Positions 15,875 to 25,631 of a DNA stretch of 38,984 nt are shown here, piece by piece. This DNA comes from a virus. Taxonomy: Duplodnaviria > Caudoviricetes. The stretch's first letter is position 1, and each line of letters begins with the position of its first letter. Both the position numbers and the translations under genes were made by a program. The DNA is taken from IMG/VR virus record IMGVR_UViG_3300041097_000036, positions 1 through 38,984 of that record. The stretch is one strand, 5' to 3'. The notes beneath the pieces were generated by a model. The model was not told where the DNA came from. It ran no database searches and was given only the letters and a program-made list of their open reading frames with translations.

Positions 15875-16345
15875 ATGACCAAGACCGAGCTTTCACCCAC
15901 CCAGCAGTCGCTCCTGAAGTCCGCCGCCGGCTGCGAGGACCGCGCCATCCGCTGGCCCGACAATCTCCGGGGCGGCGCGCGCACGAAGATCATCACGGCG
16001 CTCGTCGAGGCGGGATTCGCGGAGAACCGGAAGGGCACGCTGGTCGTGACGGAGGCAGGCATGCGCGCCGTCGGCGTCGCCCCCGAGGCTGCACCCAAGC
16101 GCGCCCCGCACACGAAGGCCGCCGGGGCCCCGCGCAAGATGCGCGAGGGCAGCAAGCAGGCGCGCCTGATCGAGATGCTGAAGCGCAAGGAGGGCGCAAG
16201 CATCGAGGAGATCGTCGAGGCCTTCGGCTGGCAGCCGCACACCGTGCGCGGCGCCATCGCCGGAGCGCTCAAGAAGAAGCTCGGCCTGACCGTCACATCC
16301 GAGAAGGTGGATGGCCGCGGCCGCGTGTACCGGATCGAGGCCTGA
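15875..16345 (+). CDS. DUF3489 domain protein
   Basis: REGSKQARLIEMLKRKEGASIEEI...GWQPHTVRGAIAGALKKKLGL; AAGGAGG RBS. Confidence 0.88.
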   Translation: MTKTELSPTQQSLLKSAAGCEDRAIRWPDNLRGGARTKIITALVEAGFAENRKGTLVVTEAGMRAVGVAPEAAPKRAPHTKAAGAPRKMREGSKQARLIEMLKRKEGASIEEIVEAFGWQPHTVRGAIAGALKKKLGLTVTSEKVDGRGRVYRIEA

Positions 16346-16355
16346 GGAGGCGCCG

Positions 16356-16901
16356 ATGTCCGGAAAGCGTGGATACGACGTCATCTCGATCGGCAGCCTC
16401 GCGGGCGAGGCGCTGATCCTCACGAAGGGAATCACGCGGCGCGACATCCCGCGCGTGACCGAAGAGTACCGGAAGCGCGAAGGCGTGCGCGTCGGCACCG
16501 TGATCGGCGTGAATGAGGACGGCATCGTGGGTTCGGAGCGCGAGGGCTGGCATCCGGGCCTGCCGGATGCATTTGCCAAGCCCTTCATCATCATCCCCTG
16601 GGTGCAGGTTCTCGAGCTCCTGGGGCGTGTGCCCGAAGGGACGACGGGGAAGCTCCTCGACGCCGACGAAAGTCCTGCGACGAGGACCATCAAGGTGAGC
16701 GACGCCACGTACCGGGCCATCGCCGAAGAGGCGGTCCTGCCGTTTCGCTCGACGGCCACCCGGCAGCAGGATGGGAGCTGGCTGGTGCCCATCGCCGACG
16801 ATACGTGGGAGCGGCTCCAGCAGCACCGGCTGCCCGGCGAGACCGACGACGACGTGGTGTTGCGCCTGATCAGCCAGTACCGCGGCCACAAGCCGAACTG
16901 A
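16356..16901 (+). CDS. Hypothetical protein, apparently two-domain
   Basis: AGGAGG RBS; C-terminal half TIKVSDATYRAI...GETDDDVVLRLI is ribbon-helix-helix-like. Confidence 0.65.
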   Translation: MSGKRGYDVISIGSLAGEALILTKGITRRDIPRVTEEYRKREGVRVGTVIGVNEDGIVGSEREGWHPGLPDAFAKPFIIIPWVQVLELLGRVPEGTTGKLLDADESPATRTIKVSDATYRAIAEEAVLPFRSTATRQQDGSWLVPIADDTWERLQQHRLPGETDDDVVLRLISQYRGHKPN

Positions 16902-16982
16902 TCGGCGATGCCGCAGCGACGCCGCCGGGACCAGCGTCCCGGCGGCAGTCGTTTGGGCGGGCCGTTCTTCCGGAGACTTCCA

Positions 16983-17528
16983 TTGGGACTGTCGATCCGC
17001 GCCTATGCCAGGGCCCGTGGCGTGAGCCACGTGGCGGTGCTCAAGGCCGCCAAGGCCGGCCGCATTCCCCTGGAGCCCGACGGCACCATCGATCCCGCCA
17101 AGGCCGATGCGGCCTGGGCGCGATCGACCGAGCCCGAGCGGTCGCGTGCCAAGCCCGAGAAGTTGAAGCCGGTCGCCGAAGCGGCGGTCGGTTCGGTGCG
17201 CGAGACGCTCAAAGAGCAGGGCCTGCCCGCGAGCGGCAGCGTCACCTTCGTGCAGGCGCGCACCGCCCACGAGATCGCCAAGGCGCATCTCGCGCGGCTC
17301 CGGCTTCAGGAACGCAAGGTCGAGCTCGTCGACCGGGCGCGGGCGACGGCGCTCGTGTTCCGGCTCGCCCGAGAGGAGCGGGACGCCTGGGCGAACTGGC
17401 CGGCGCGCGTCGCGGCCCTGATGGCGGCCGAACTCGGCGTCGAGGCGCATGCCGTTCAGAAGCTGCTCGAAACGCACGTCCGCGTGCATCTGGCCGAGCT
17501 CGCCGAGGTGCGGCCCGACTTCCGATGA
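16983..17528 (+). CDS. terS: Terminase small subunit (Nu1-like)
   Basis: TTG start after GGAG; N-terminal HTH LSIRAYARARGVSHVAVLKA; coiled coil then ELVD; directly before terL. Confidence 0.8.
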   Translation: MGLSIRAYARARGVSHVAVLKAAKAGRIPLEPDGTIDPAKADAAWARSTEPERSRAKPEKLKPVAEAAVGSVRETLKEQGLPASGSVTFVQARTAHEIAKAHLARLRLQERKVELVDRARATALVFRLAREERDAWANWPARVAALMAAELGVEAHAVQKLLETHVRVHLAELAEVRPDFR

Positions 17529-17534
17529 AGACAC

Positions 17535-19562
17535 TTGGATGATCTCTTCGCCTTCGACGGCGCGGACGAGCTGCTGCAATGCTGGCGCGAGGGGCTGACC
17601 CCCGATCCGGCGCTGACGGTCTCGGAATGGGCGGACCGCCACCGCTTCCTGAGCCCGCGGGCGTCGGCCGAGCCGGGGCGCTATCGCACCGATCGCACGC
17701 CTTATATGCGCGCGATCGTGGATGCGCTGTCGCCATCGCATCCCGCCCGGCGCGTCGTCTTCATGAAGGCGGCACAGGTGGGCGCGACCGAGGCCGGCAA
17801 CAACTGGATCGGTTACGTCATCCATCATGCGCCGGGGCCGATGCTCAGCGTCCAGCCGACGGTCGAGCTGGCCAAGCGCTTCTCGCGCCAGCGCATCGAC
17901 CCGCTGATCGCCGAGAGCCCGTCCTTGCGCGAGCGGGTGAAGCCGGCGCGCTCGCGCGATGCCGGCAATACGGTGCTGTCGAAGGAGTTCCCGGCCGGGC
18001 TTCTGGTCATCACCGGCGCCAACTCGGCGGTCGGCCTGCGCTCGATGCCGGCGCGCTACCTCTTCCTCGACGAGGTCGACGCCTATCCGCCCTCGGCCGA
18101 CGAGGAAGGCGATCCGGTCGCGCTCGCCGAGGCGCGCACGCGCACCTTCTCCTGGCGGAGCAAGGTGTTCATGACCTCGACGCCGACGATCCACGGGATC
18201 TCGCGCATCGAGCGCGAGTATGAGGCGTCCGACCAGCGCCGCTTCTTCGTGCCGTGCCCCCATTGCGCCCATCGCCAGTGGCTCAGGTTCGAGCGGCTGA
18301 AGTGGGACAAGGGCAGGCCTGCTACGGCGCATTACCTGTGCGAGGCCTGCGACGGCGCGATTGAAGAGCACCACAAGACGGCGATGCTGATCGCCGGCGA
18401 GTGGCGGCCGACGGCCGAGACCTCCGATCCGGCGACGATCGGCTTCCACCTCTCGGCGCTCTACTCGCCGGTCGGCTGGCTGTCCTGGGAGGCGATCGCG
18501 CGCATGTGGGAGGCGGCCACCACCGACGAGGCGAGGCGCAGCTTCAAGAACGGCGTGCTCGGCGAGACCTGGATCGAGACCGGCGAGGCGCCCGACTGGC
18601 AGCGGCTCTACGAGCGTCGCGAGGACTTCGCCGTCGGCACGGTGCCGGCGGGCGGGCTGTTCCTGACCGCCGGCGCCGACGTCCAGAAGGACCGGATCGA
18701 GGTTTCGGTCTGGGCCTGGGGCCGCGGCCTCACCAGCTGGCTCGTCGAGCACATCGTGATCGTCGGCGGCCCGGAACACGCCGAAGCATGGGCGGAACTC
18801 TCCGCGCTCCTCGACCGCACCTGGCCGCATGCCCATGGGCAGCGGCTCGGCCTCGCCAAGCTCGGCATCGACACCGGCTACGAGGCGCCGGCGGTCTATG
18901 CCTGGGCGCGCCAGGCCGGCTTCGCCCAAGTCGCGCCCGTGAAGGGCGTTGAGGGCTTCAACCGCGCCGCACCCGTGGTCGGGCCGAGCTATGTGGACGT
19001 GACCGAGGGCGGCAGGAAGCTCCGCCGCGGCGCGCGGCTCTGGACCGTGGCGGTCGCCACCTTCAAGAGCGAGACCTACCGGTTCCTGCGGCTCGGCCGG
19101 CCGACGGAGGACAGTGAGGCGGAACCGTCGCGCCAGTGGCGCGGCGTAAGTCCGCCGAACGCCGAGGGGGCGCAGTACCCCGCCGGCTATGTCCACCTGC
19201 CGAAGGGGACCGAGGCCGAGTGGGTCAAGCAGCTCGTCGCCGAGCAGCTCGTCACGGTGAAGACGAGGCGCGGCTTCCAGCGCCTCGAATGGCAGAAGCT
19301 GCGCGAGCGCAACGAGGTCCTGGACTGCCGCGTCTACGCCCGCGCCGCCGCCTGGATCGCCGGCGTCGACCGCTGGAGCGAGGGAACCTGGCGCGACCTC
19401 GAGGCCCAGGTCGCGGCAAACGACGGCGAAAGCGGAACGATGCCGGGGGCGGATGATCCGTCTACGGAGGAAGGCTCCGCCGAGACGCCCTCGGCGGGCC
19501 TCCTGCGGCGTGAGCGGCGGCCGCGCGGCCGGCGCGTGTTCACCCCGAGCTACTTGAGCTGA
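17535..19562 (+). CDS. terL: Terminase large subunit, lambda gpA family
   Basis: KAAQVGATE, LFLDEVD, STPT, CPHC, GADVQKDR, RNEVLDCRVYA. Confidence 0.96.
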   Translation: MDDLFAFDGADELLQCWREGLTPDPALTVSEWADRHRFLSPRASAEPGRYRTDRTPYMRAIVDALSPSHPARRVVFMKAAQVGATEAGNNWIGYVIHHAPGPMLSVQPTVELAKRFSRQRIDPLIAESPSLRERVKPARSRDAGNTVLSKEFPAGLLVITGANSAVGLRSMPARYLFLDEVDAYPPSADEEGDPVALAEARTRTFSWRSKVFMTSTPTIHGISRIEREYEASDQRRFFVPCPHCAHRQWLRFERLKWDKGRPATAHYLCEACDGAIEEHHKTAMLIAGEWRPTAETSDPATIGFHLSALYSPVGWLSWEAIARMWEAATTDEARRSFKNGVLGETWIETGEAPDWQRLYERREDFAVGTVPAGGLFLTAGADVQKDRIEVSVWAWGRGLTSWLVEHIVIVGGPEHAEAWAELSALLDRTWPHAHGQRLGLAKLGIDTGYEAPAVYAWARQAGFAQVAPVKGVEGFNRAAPVVGPSYVDVTEGGRKLRRGARLWTVAVATFKSETYRFLRLGRPTEDSEAEPSRQWRGVSPPNAEGAQYPAGYVHLPKGTEAEWVKQLVAEQLVTVKTRRGFQRLEWQKLRERNEVLDCRVYARAAAWIAGVDRWSEGTWRDLEAQVAANDGESGTMPGADDPSTEEGSAETPSAGLLRRERRPRGRRVFTPSYLS

Positions 19563-19573
19563 ACCCGAGACCC

Positions 19574-19786
19574 ATGACGCTCGAAGAGATGATCGCGCGC
19601 CGCGATGCGCTGCTCGCCGCCCGTTTCCGCGGCGTGCGTACCGTCGAGATCGAAGGCCGGCGCATCACCTATGCGACCGATGCCGAGATGGCCGCCGCGC
19701 TTGCCGACCTCGAGCGGCGCATCGCCGAGGAGAAGGCGGGCGCCCGCCGACGCATCGTTCGCACGACGGCAAGCAAGGGGCTCTGA
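19574..19786 (+). CDS. Head-tail joining protein (gpW-like)
   Basis: GVRTVEIEGRRITY; lies between terL and portal. Confidence 0.85.
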   Translation: MTLEEMIARRDALLAARFRGVRTVEIEGRRITYATDAEMAAALADLERRIAEEKAGARRRIVRTTASKGL

Positions 19787-19789
19787 CCC

Positions 19790-21268
19790 GTGCTGGAATC
19801 GATCACACGGTGGCGCCGCCGCATCGGCGCACTGGTGGGCGGCTTTGAAGCGGGACAGGGAAGCCGAAGACTGCGGCACTTCCAGCCGAGCCGGGCGCAT
19901 CTCAACACGCTGATCGCCGCCGCCGGCGCCGACATCACCGCGCGCGCCCGCTGGCTCGTGCGCAACAACGGCTATGCGGCGAACGCCATCGAAAGCTGGG
20001 CCGGCAACGTGGTGGGCGACGGCATCAAGCCGTCGTCCCTGATCGCCGATGCCGATCTCAAGGCGCGCGTGCAGCGCCTCTGGCTCGACTGGACCGACGA
20101 CAGCGACGCGGAGGGGTTCACCGACTTCTACGGCCAGCAGCGACGCGCCGCGCGCGAGGTGTTCATCGCCGGCGAGGTGTTCTTTCGCTTCCGTCCGCGC
20201 CGGCCCGAGGACGGGCTCATGGTGCCGCTGCAGCTGCAGATGATCCCGTCGGAGATGCTGCCGCTCACGCGCAATGAGCCGCTTCCCGGCGGCAACGTCA
20301 TCTGCCAGGGCATCGAGTTCGATCGGATCGGTCGGCGCGTCGCCTACCATTTTCTCCGCCGCCATCCGGGCGACATCACCGACCCAGGGCTGGTAGGCGA
20401 GACGGTGCGGGTGCCGGCGTCCGAGATCATCCACGTCATTGATCCGGTCGATGCGGGGCAGTTGCGCGGGATCTCCCGCTTCGCGCCGGGCATCGTGAAG
20501 CTGTTCCTGCTCGATCAGTACGACGATGCGGAGCTCGACCGGAAGAAGGTCGCGGCGATGCACGCGCTCTTCATCACCACGCCGGCGCCGGCGGAGCCGT
20601 TCGATGTCGCCGAGAGCGACGAGGCGGGCGAGCGCACCATGGACCTGCAGCCCGGCCAGATCGTGATGCTGGAGCCGGGCGAGGAGGTGCAGACCTCGGC
20701 ACCGGCGGATGTCGGCCAGACCTACGAGCCGTTCCAGTACCGGACGCTCCTGCAGGTCTCGGCGGCGCTCGGCATTCCGTACGCATATCTGTCGAACGAC
20801 ATGTTGAAGGCGAACTACTCGAACTCGCGGCTCGCGCTCCTCGAGTTTCGCCGCCGCATTGAGGCGTATCAGCATTCGGTCATGGTCTGGCAGATCTGTC
20901 GGCGGGTCTGGGCACGATGGCTCGATACGGCGGTCGTTTCAGGCGCGCTTGCCTTGCCCAATTACGAACAGCAGAGGCGCGTTTATCTCGGCTGTTCCTG
21001 GCTGCCGCCCAAATGGGACTGGGTCGATCCGCTGAAGGACGCGCGCGCCGAGATCGAACAGATCGAGGCGGGGCTGAAGAGCCGGACGCAGGCGCTCGCC
21101 GAGCGCGGCTATGACGCCGATCAGGTCGATGCCGAGATTGCTGCGGACCGTGCGCGAGAGCGCCAGCTTGGCCTCTCCTTCGGCAGCGCCTCATCCGACC
21201 CGACGCTGCAGACCGATGCTCAAGAGGCTGCTCCAGCCGACAACCAGGCGAACGTCGCCGCCGACTGA
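19790..21268 (+). CDS. Portal protein, lambda family
   Basis: ARARWLVRNNGYA, GIEFDRIGRRVAY, GQLRG, ANYSNSR, WVDPLKD. Confidence 0.95.
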   Translation: MLESITRWRRRIGALVGGFEAGQGSRRLRHFQPSRAHLNTLIAAAGADITARARWLVRNNGYAANAIESWAGNVVGDGIKPSSLIADADLKARVQRLWLDWTDDSDAEGFTDFYGQQRRAAREVFIAGEVFFRFRPRRPEDGLMVPLQLQMIPSEMLPLTRNEPLPGGNVICQGIEFDRIGRRVAYHFLRRHPGDITDPGLVGETVRVPASEIIHVIDPVDAGQLRGISRFAPGIVKLFLLDQYDDAELDRKKVAAMHALFITTPAPAEPFDVAESDEAGERTMDLQPGQIVMLEPGEEVQTSAPADVGQTYEPFQYRTLLQVSAALGIPYAYLSNDMLKANYSNSRLALLEFRRRIEAYQHSVMVWQICRRVWARWLDTAVVSGALALPNYEQQRRVYLGCSWLPPKWDWVDPLKDARAEIEQIEAGLKSRTQALAERGYDADQVDAEIAADRARERQLGLSFGSASSDPTLQTDAQEAAPADNQANVAAD

Positions 21269-21275
21269 GGTTTCC

Positions 21276-22595
21276 ATGACGCGATTGAATCCGCTGCTCA
21301 CCCGGCTCGGCGGCCGGCCCTTGGCGATCGCCCCGCGGGCGCTCGACGGCCTGCTCGCCGCCGGCCCAATGCTCGATACCCGTCCGGCCATGCTTCCGGC
21401 CCGCAATGCGTCTCCAGGGGCGAGTCATGTTCTCACCGAGGCCGGCATCGCCGTGGTGCCTATCGTCGGACCGCTGGTGACGCGCGGCGACTGGCTCACC
21501 AGTCTCCTCGGCGCCAACGACTATGGCGAGATCGCCAGCGCCATCGAAGCCGCGCTGGCCGATCCAGCCGCGCGGGCCGTGTTGTTGGAGATCGACTCGC
21601 CGGGCGGCGAGGTCGGCGGTCTGTTCGACCTGGTCGATCGCCTCGTGTCCCTGCGCGAAGCCGCGCAGAAGCCGCTCTGGGCTGTCGCGAGCGAAAGCGC
21701 GCTGTCGGCTGCCTTTGCCATCGCCAGCGTGGCGGACCGCCTTTACGTCACCCGGACGGCGGAGGTCGGATCCATCGGCGTCGTCGCCATCCATGTCGAC
21801 GAGAGCGTCGCCGACGTCATGGCCGGCCTCAAATGGACGCTCGTGCACGCGGGCGACCGCAAGATAGATGGCAATGCCCACGAGCCGCTCTCGGATACGG
21901 CGTTTTCGGCGATCCAGGCGGATGTCGACGCGCTCCATGCCGACCTCGTCACCCTGGTGGCGCGCAATCGGAACATCAGTCCCGACGCCGTGCGTGCCAC
22001 CGAAGCCGCGATCTATCGGGGTCAGCGCGGCATAGACGCCGGCCTCGCCGACAAGCTCGGCACTGCCGATCTCGCTCTTGCGGATCTCGCCCGGGCGCTT
22101 GACCCGCCACGCCTCATCGCGGGCGCATCGCAACGCGCCCGCGCTCATCAACCTTCAAGGAGAAACACCAAGATGACAGTCGAACCCGACCGCAACCCGG
22201 CTGCCGAAGACGCCGCGGTCAGCGAGACCCGCGCACCCGATCCGGAAACGCCCGAGGCTCCGCTGTCGGCGCCGCCGGTCGTTGTAACGGATGTAGCCGA
22301 CGAGCCCAGCGCCGATCAAACGGCCGAGCGGCTGCGTGCCGAATATGCGGAGATCGCCGCCATCGCCGCCCAAGGCGCCCGGCTGGGCGTCGCCATCGAC
22401 GCCGCCGACGCCATGGCGAAGGGAGTGGCGCCGCATGCGCTGCGAAGCTCCATCCTCGACGCCCTCGCGGCACGCGCCGAGGCGAGCTCTGTCGTCGCCG
22501 TGGCGCCGTCACCGGCCGGCTGGCCGGCATCGAACGGCGGCGAAAGCCCCATCGTACGTCGTGCGCGTGAGCGCGCCTCGGCCAACCGCAGCTGA
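21276..22595 (+). CDS. S49 prohead protease (gpC-like)
   Basis: IDSPGGEV, ALSAAFAIAS, VGSIGV, GLADKLG. Confidence 0.92.
   Translation: MTRLNPLLTRLGGRPLAIAPRALDGLLAAGPMLDTRPAMLPARNASPGASHVLTEAGIAVVPIVGPLVTRGDWLTSLLGANDYGEIASAIEAALADPAARAVLLEIDSPGGEVGGLFDLVDRLVSLREAAQKPLWAVASESALSAAFAIASVADRLYVTRTAEVGSIGVVAIHVDESVADVMAGLKWTLVHAGDRKIDGNAHEPLSDTAFSAIQADVDALHADLVTLVARNRNISPDAVRATEAAIYRGQRGIDAGLADKLGTADLALADLARALDPPRLIAGASQRARAHQPSRRNTKMTVEPDRNPAAEDAAVSETRAPDPETPEAPLSAPPVVVTDVADEPSADQTAERLRAEYAEIAAIAAQGARLGVAIDAADAMAKGVAPHALRSSILDALAARAEASSVVAVAPSPAGWPASNGGESPIVRRARERASANRS
22173..22595 (+). CDS. Nested in-frame scaffolding protein (Nu3-like)
   Basis: Internal AAGGAG RBS at 22157-22162 before in-frame ATG 22173; acidic, Ala/Pro-rich product. 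Confidence 0.65.
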   Translation: MTVEPDRNPAAEDAAVSETRAPDPETPEAPLSAPPVVVTDVADEPSADQTAERLRAEYAEIAAIAAQGARLGVAIDAADAMAKGVAPHALRSSILDALAARAEASSVVAVAPSPAGWPASNGGESPIVRRARERASANRS

Positions 22596-22612
22596 CGACA
22601 AGGAGGATCATC

Positions 22613-23002
22613 ATGACCGTTCTCACCATGTCGCCGACCCTCGGCGACCTGCTCAAATACGAGCTCAATGCGAGCTACTGCCGCGAGGCTGTGACCCTCA
22701 AGGCCGGAACCGACTACGCGCTCGGCTCCGTGCTGGGAAAGATCACGGCCTCAGGCAAGTACCGACTTGCGCCGGCGGCCGAGGTAACCGGCGACGAAGG
22801 GGCGGAGATCGCAACGGCCGTCCTGATCGAGGCGGTCGACGCGACGGCCGGCGACAGGACCGGCCTCGTGATTGCCCGCGGCCCGGCGATCGTCTCGAAG
22901 GCGGCGCTCGTCTTCGACGCCTCCGTCGATGACGCGACCAAGACGGCGGCCAAGCACGCCGAGCTCAGTTCTGCCGGCATCGTGCCGCGCGACACCGCCT
23001 GA
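22613..23002 (+). CDS. Head decoration protein (gpD-like)
   Basis: GSVLGKITASGKY; lies between protease and capsid genes. Confidence 0.88.
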   Translation: MTVLTMSPTLGDLLKYELNASYCREAVTLKAGTDYALGSVLGKITASGKYRLAPAAEVTGDEGAEIATAVLIEAVDATAGDRTGLVIARGPAIVSKAALVFDASVDDATKTAAKHAELSSAGIVPRDTA

Positions 23003-23031
23003 TCCACGCTCGTCGGATCCAATCTGTCACC

Positions 23032-23063
23032 GGCTCCGAGGCGTCCGCCTCCGGGGCCTTTTT
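23032..23063 (+). terminator. Intrinsic terminator-like hairpin before the capsid gene
   Basis: GGCTCCG-AGGCGTCCGCCT-CCGGGGCC followed by TTTTT. Confidence 0.55.
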
Positions 23064-23096
23064 CATGCCCGTTCCATCCCAAGGAGACCCGACATC

Positions 23097-24119
23097 ATGG
23101 TCGCCATGATCAATCCGTTCGATGCGGGCGGCTACTCGCTCGCCGAGATGACCCAGGCCATCAACATCCTGCCCAATGTCTACACCCGGCTCGGGCAGAT
23201 GGGCCTGTTCCGCTTCGAGGGCGTCACCCAGCGTTCCGTCGTCATCGAGCAGGCGGAAGGCGTGCTAAACCTCCTGCCGACCGTGCCGCTCGGCGGTCCC
23301 GCCACCGTCGCCAATCGCGACACGCGCACCATGCGCTCCTTCACCGTGCCGTGGATCCCCCACGACGACGTGATCACGCCGCAGGACATTCAGGGCGTGC
23401 GCGGCTTCGGCGTGGCCGACGCCGCCGATCCGCTCGCCACCGTCATGGAGCGCAAGCTCACCCGCATGCGGGTCAAGCACGCCCAGACGCGCGAGTACAT
23501 GGAGGTCAACGCGCTGCGCGGCATCGTCAAGGATGGCGCCGGCACCACGCTCTACAATTACTTCACCGAGTTCGGGCTCACGCAGCTCGAAACCGACTTC
23601 GTGCTCGGCACCGCCGGCACCCAGGTCCAGGGCAAGGTGCGCGATGTTCTGCGCAAGGTCGAGACCGAGCTCAAGGGGGAGACCATGACCGGTGTGCTGG
23701 CGATGGTGAGCCCCGAGTTCTTCGACAAGCTGATCGGTCATGCCAAGGTCGAGGAGGCCTACAAGTACTATTCCTCGACCGGGGCGCAGCCGCTGCGCGA
23801 GGACACCCGCCGGCGCTTTCCCTTCGCCGGCATCCTGTTCGAGGAGTACAACGCCACCGTCACGCTCTCGACCGGCGCAACGGAAACGCTGATCCCCTCC
23901 GGCGAAGGCATCGCCTTCCCGCTAGGCACGCTCGACACCTTCGTCACCCACGGCGCGCCGGCCAACCTGATCGAGACGGTCAACACGGTCGGCCTGCCGA
24001 TCTACGCGCGGCAGATCGCCCGCCCCGACGGCAGCGCCATCGAGGTCAAGACCGAGGCCTCGATCCTGCCGATCAACAAGCGGCCGCGTCTCGCCGTGCG
24101 CATCTTCTCCAGCAACTGA
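23097..24119 (+). CDS. Major capsid protein (gpE family)
   Basis: AAGGAG RBS; PHDDVITPQDIQG, TREYM..NALRG, FPFAGILFEEY. Confidence 0.93.
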   Translation: MVAMINPFDAGGYSLAEMTQAINILPNVYTRLGQMGLFRFEGVTQRSVVIEQAEGVLNLLPTVPLGGPATVANRDTRTMRSFTVPWIPHDDVITPQDIQGVRGFGVADAADPLATVMERKLTRMRVKHAQTREYMEVNALRGIVKDGAGTTLYNYFTEFGLTQLETDFVLGTAGTQVQGKVRDVLRKVETELKGETMTGVLAMVSPEFFDKLIGHAKVEEAYKYYSSTGAQPLREDTRRRFPFAGILFEEYNATVTLSTGATETLIPSGEGIAFPLGTLDTFVTHGAPANLIETVNTVGLPIYARQIARPDGSAIEVKTEASILPINKRPRLAVRIFSSN

Positions 24120-24121
24120 GC

Positions 24122-24436
24122 ATGAGCATCTTCGCAGAGGCGATCGACGACCTCTTCGCCGATCCCAATCTCGCGCGGGATGCCATCTGGCGGGCAGGCG
24201 GCACGGGCGCGCCGGTGACCGTCCGGATCGTCTTGCGACAGCCGGATCGTGTCGAGAGCTTCGGCGAGACGCGCATCTGGAGCGAAAGCGTCATTGGTGA
24301 TGTACGAACGCGCGACGCCCCGAGCCTGGCGGAGGCAGATGTCTTCGAAATCGACGGCGCGTTCTACGTAATCCAGGGAGAGCCCGTGCGCGACAGCGAA
24401 CGCCTTGTCTGGACCGTGGAGCTGAGACCGGCATGA
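24122..24436 (+). CDS. Head-tail joining protein
   Basis: LFADPNLARDA; position after capsid gene. Confidence 0.8.
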   Translation: MSIFAEAIDDLFADPNLARDAIWRAGGTGAPVTVRIVLRQPDRVESFGETRIWSESVIGDVRTRDAPSLAEADVFEIDGAFYVIQGEPVRDSERLVWTVELRPA

Positions 24437-25080
24437 GGCTGTCCGCGACCATCATCGGTGACCTTGGTCGCATCATGGCCGAGGAGGTCAAGGCGGCCGA
24501 AAAGGCTGTCACGGCCGGTGTCGGTGAGGCGGCGGAGGGACTCAAGACCGAGCTCAGAACGCAGATCACCAATGCGGGGCTCGGCCCTCGGCTGGCGCGC
24601 ACCTGGCGGTCCGAGACCTTCCCCAAGGGCCAGAACAGCATCCGTGCGGCGGGGCTCGTCTGGTCGAAAGCGCCGGGCATCATTCGCATTTACGAAGACG
24701 GCGCCACCATCCGGTCGACCAAGGGTTTCTTCCTGGCCATTCCGACCGCTGCCGCCGGACGCTTTGGCGACGGTGGCCGCAAGATTACGCCCGGTGGATG
24801 GGAACGGCGGACCGGGCAGCGGCTGCGCTTCGTCTACCGGCGCAACGCTGCGTCTCTGCTCGTCGCCGACAACATGCGCGCGCGGACGGGGAAGCGAGGC
24901 GGATACGCCAGAGCCAGTGCCGCCGCTGTGCGCAGCGGGCGCGGCTTGGTGACCGTGCCGATCTTCATTCTGGTGCCGCAGGTCACATTCAGGAAGCGGC
25001 TCGATATCGCCTCCGCCGCGAACAGTTGGCAGGAGCGCCTGCCGGGTCTCGTCGTCCGCAACTGGGTCGACGGGCGGTAG
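24433..25080 (+). CDS. DUF6441-like neck/minor tail protein
   Basis: AGLGPRLARTWR, FLAIPT, PIFILVPQV. Confidence 0.8.
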   Translation: MRLSATIIGDLGRIMAEEVKAAEKAVTAGVGEAAEGLKTELRTQITNAGLGPRLARTWRSETFPKGQNSIRAAGLVWSKAPGIIRIYEDGATIRSTKGFFLAIPTAAAGRFGDGGRKITPGGWERRTGQRLRFVYRRNAASLLVADNMRARTGKRGGYARASAAAVRSGRGLVTVPIFILVPQVTFRKRLDIASAANSWQERLPGLVVRNWVDGR

Positions 25081-25174
25081 CCCCGTCTTCGCCTTCTTCG
25101 CATCCCGGTGCATGTGCGCGCCGCACCGCGTGCGGAGCGATCAGCTGCATTGCCCTCAAGCCTGAGGAAAACCA

Positions 25175-25609
25175 GTGTCCAGCCGTCGTGAAGCCATCCT
25201 CGGAGCTCTATTCCAGACGCTCGACACCACGTTGGACGCGAACGTGCGTCGCAACGAGGTGCTGCCCGAGAAGGTGCCGGTATCCGGTCTCGTCATCCTA
25301 CGCGACGGCGATCCGGGAGAGCCGGACGTGACGCTCAATCCGCGCACGGAGTTCTACGCCCACCGGGTCGAGATCGAGGTCTACGTATCCCGCGATCCGA
25401 CGGGCGGCGGCGAGGCAGCGCTCGATGCGCTTCTCGGATCGATCGGTACGGCACTCACGATCGATCCCTCCCTCGGCGGTCTCGCCGAGAACCTGACGCC
25501 ATCGGCGCCCGAAACCGGAGCGCTGGGAATAGAGGGCGCGGCCCCGATCCTGACCGCCCGGCTCATTGTCACGGTCGAATACCTGGTGAGCGATCCGCTC
25601 ACCGACTGA
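25175..25609 (+). CDS. Tail terminator-like protein
   Basis: RREAIL, ILRDGDPGEP, DPSLGGL; directly before tail tube. Confidence 0.75.
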   Translation: MSSRREAILGALFQTLDTTLDANVRRNEVLPEKVPVSGLVILRDGDPGEPDVTLNPRTEFYAHRVEIEVYVSRDPTGGGEAALDALLGSIGTALTIDPSLGGLAENLTPSAPETGALGIEGAAPILTARLIVTVEYLVSDPLTD

Positions 25610-25631
25610 TCTTCAAGAACAGGAGTTATCC

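Noticed and set aside
18726-18755. Gapped match of block 2 NN string to terL (GLTSWLVEHI codons)
   Set aside because: Only 14 of 20 positions match; a rough binomial estimate gives several such hits by chance in 39 kb on two strands
16293-19196. Long antisense ORFs (16293-19196, 11914-14028, 1832-3511, 25977-27719 and others)
   Set aside because: Shadow ORFs typical of high-GC coding DNA opposite well-supported genes
25081-25174. 94-bp gap in the neck/tail operon as a moron or ncRNA
   Set aside because: No credible ORF, repeat or strong structure; may be a gene remnant but cannot be supported
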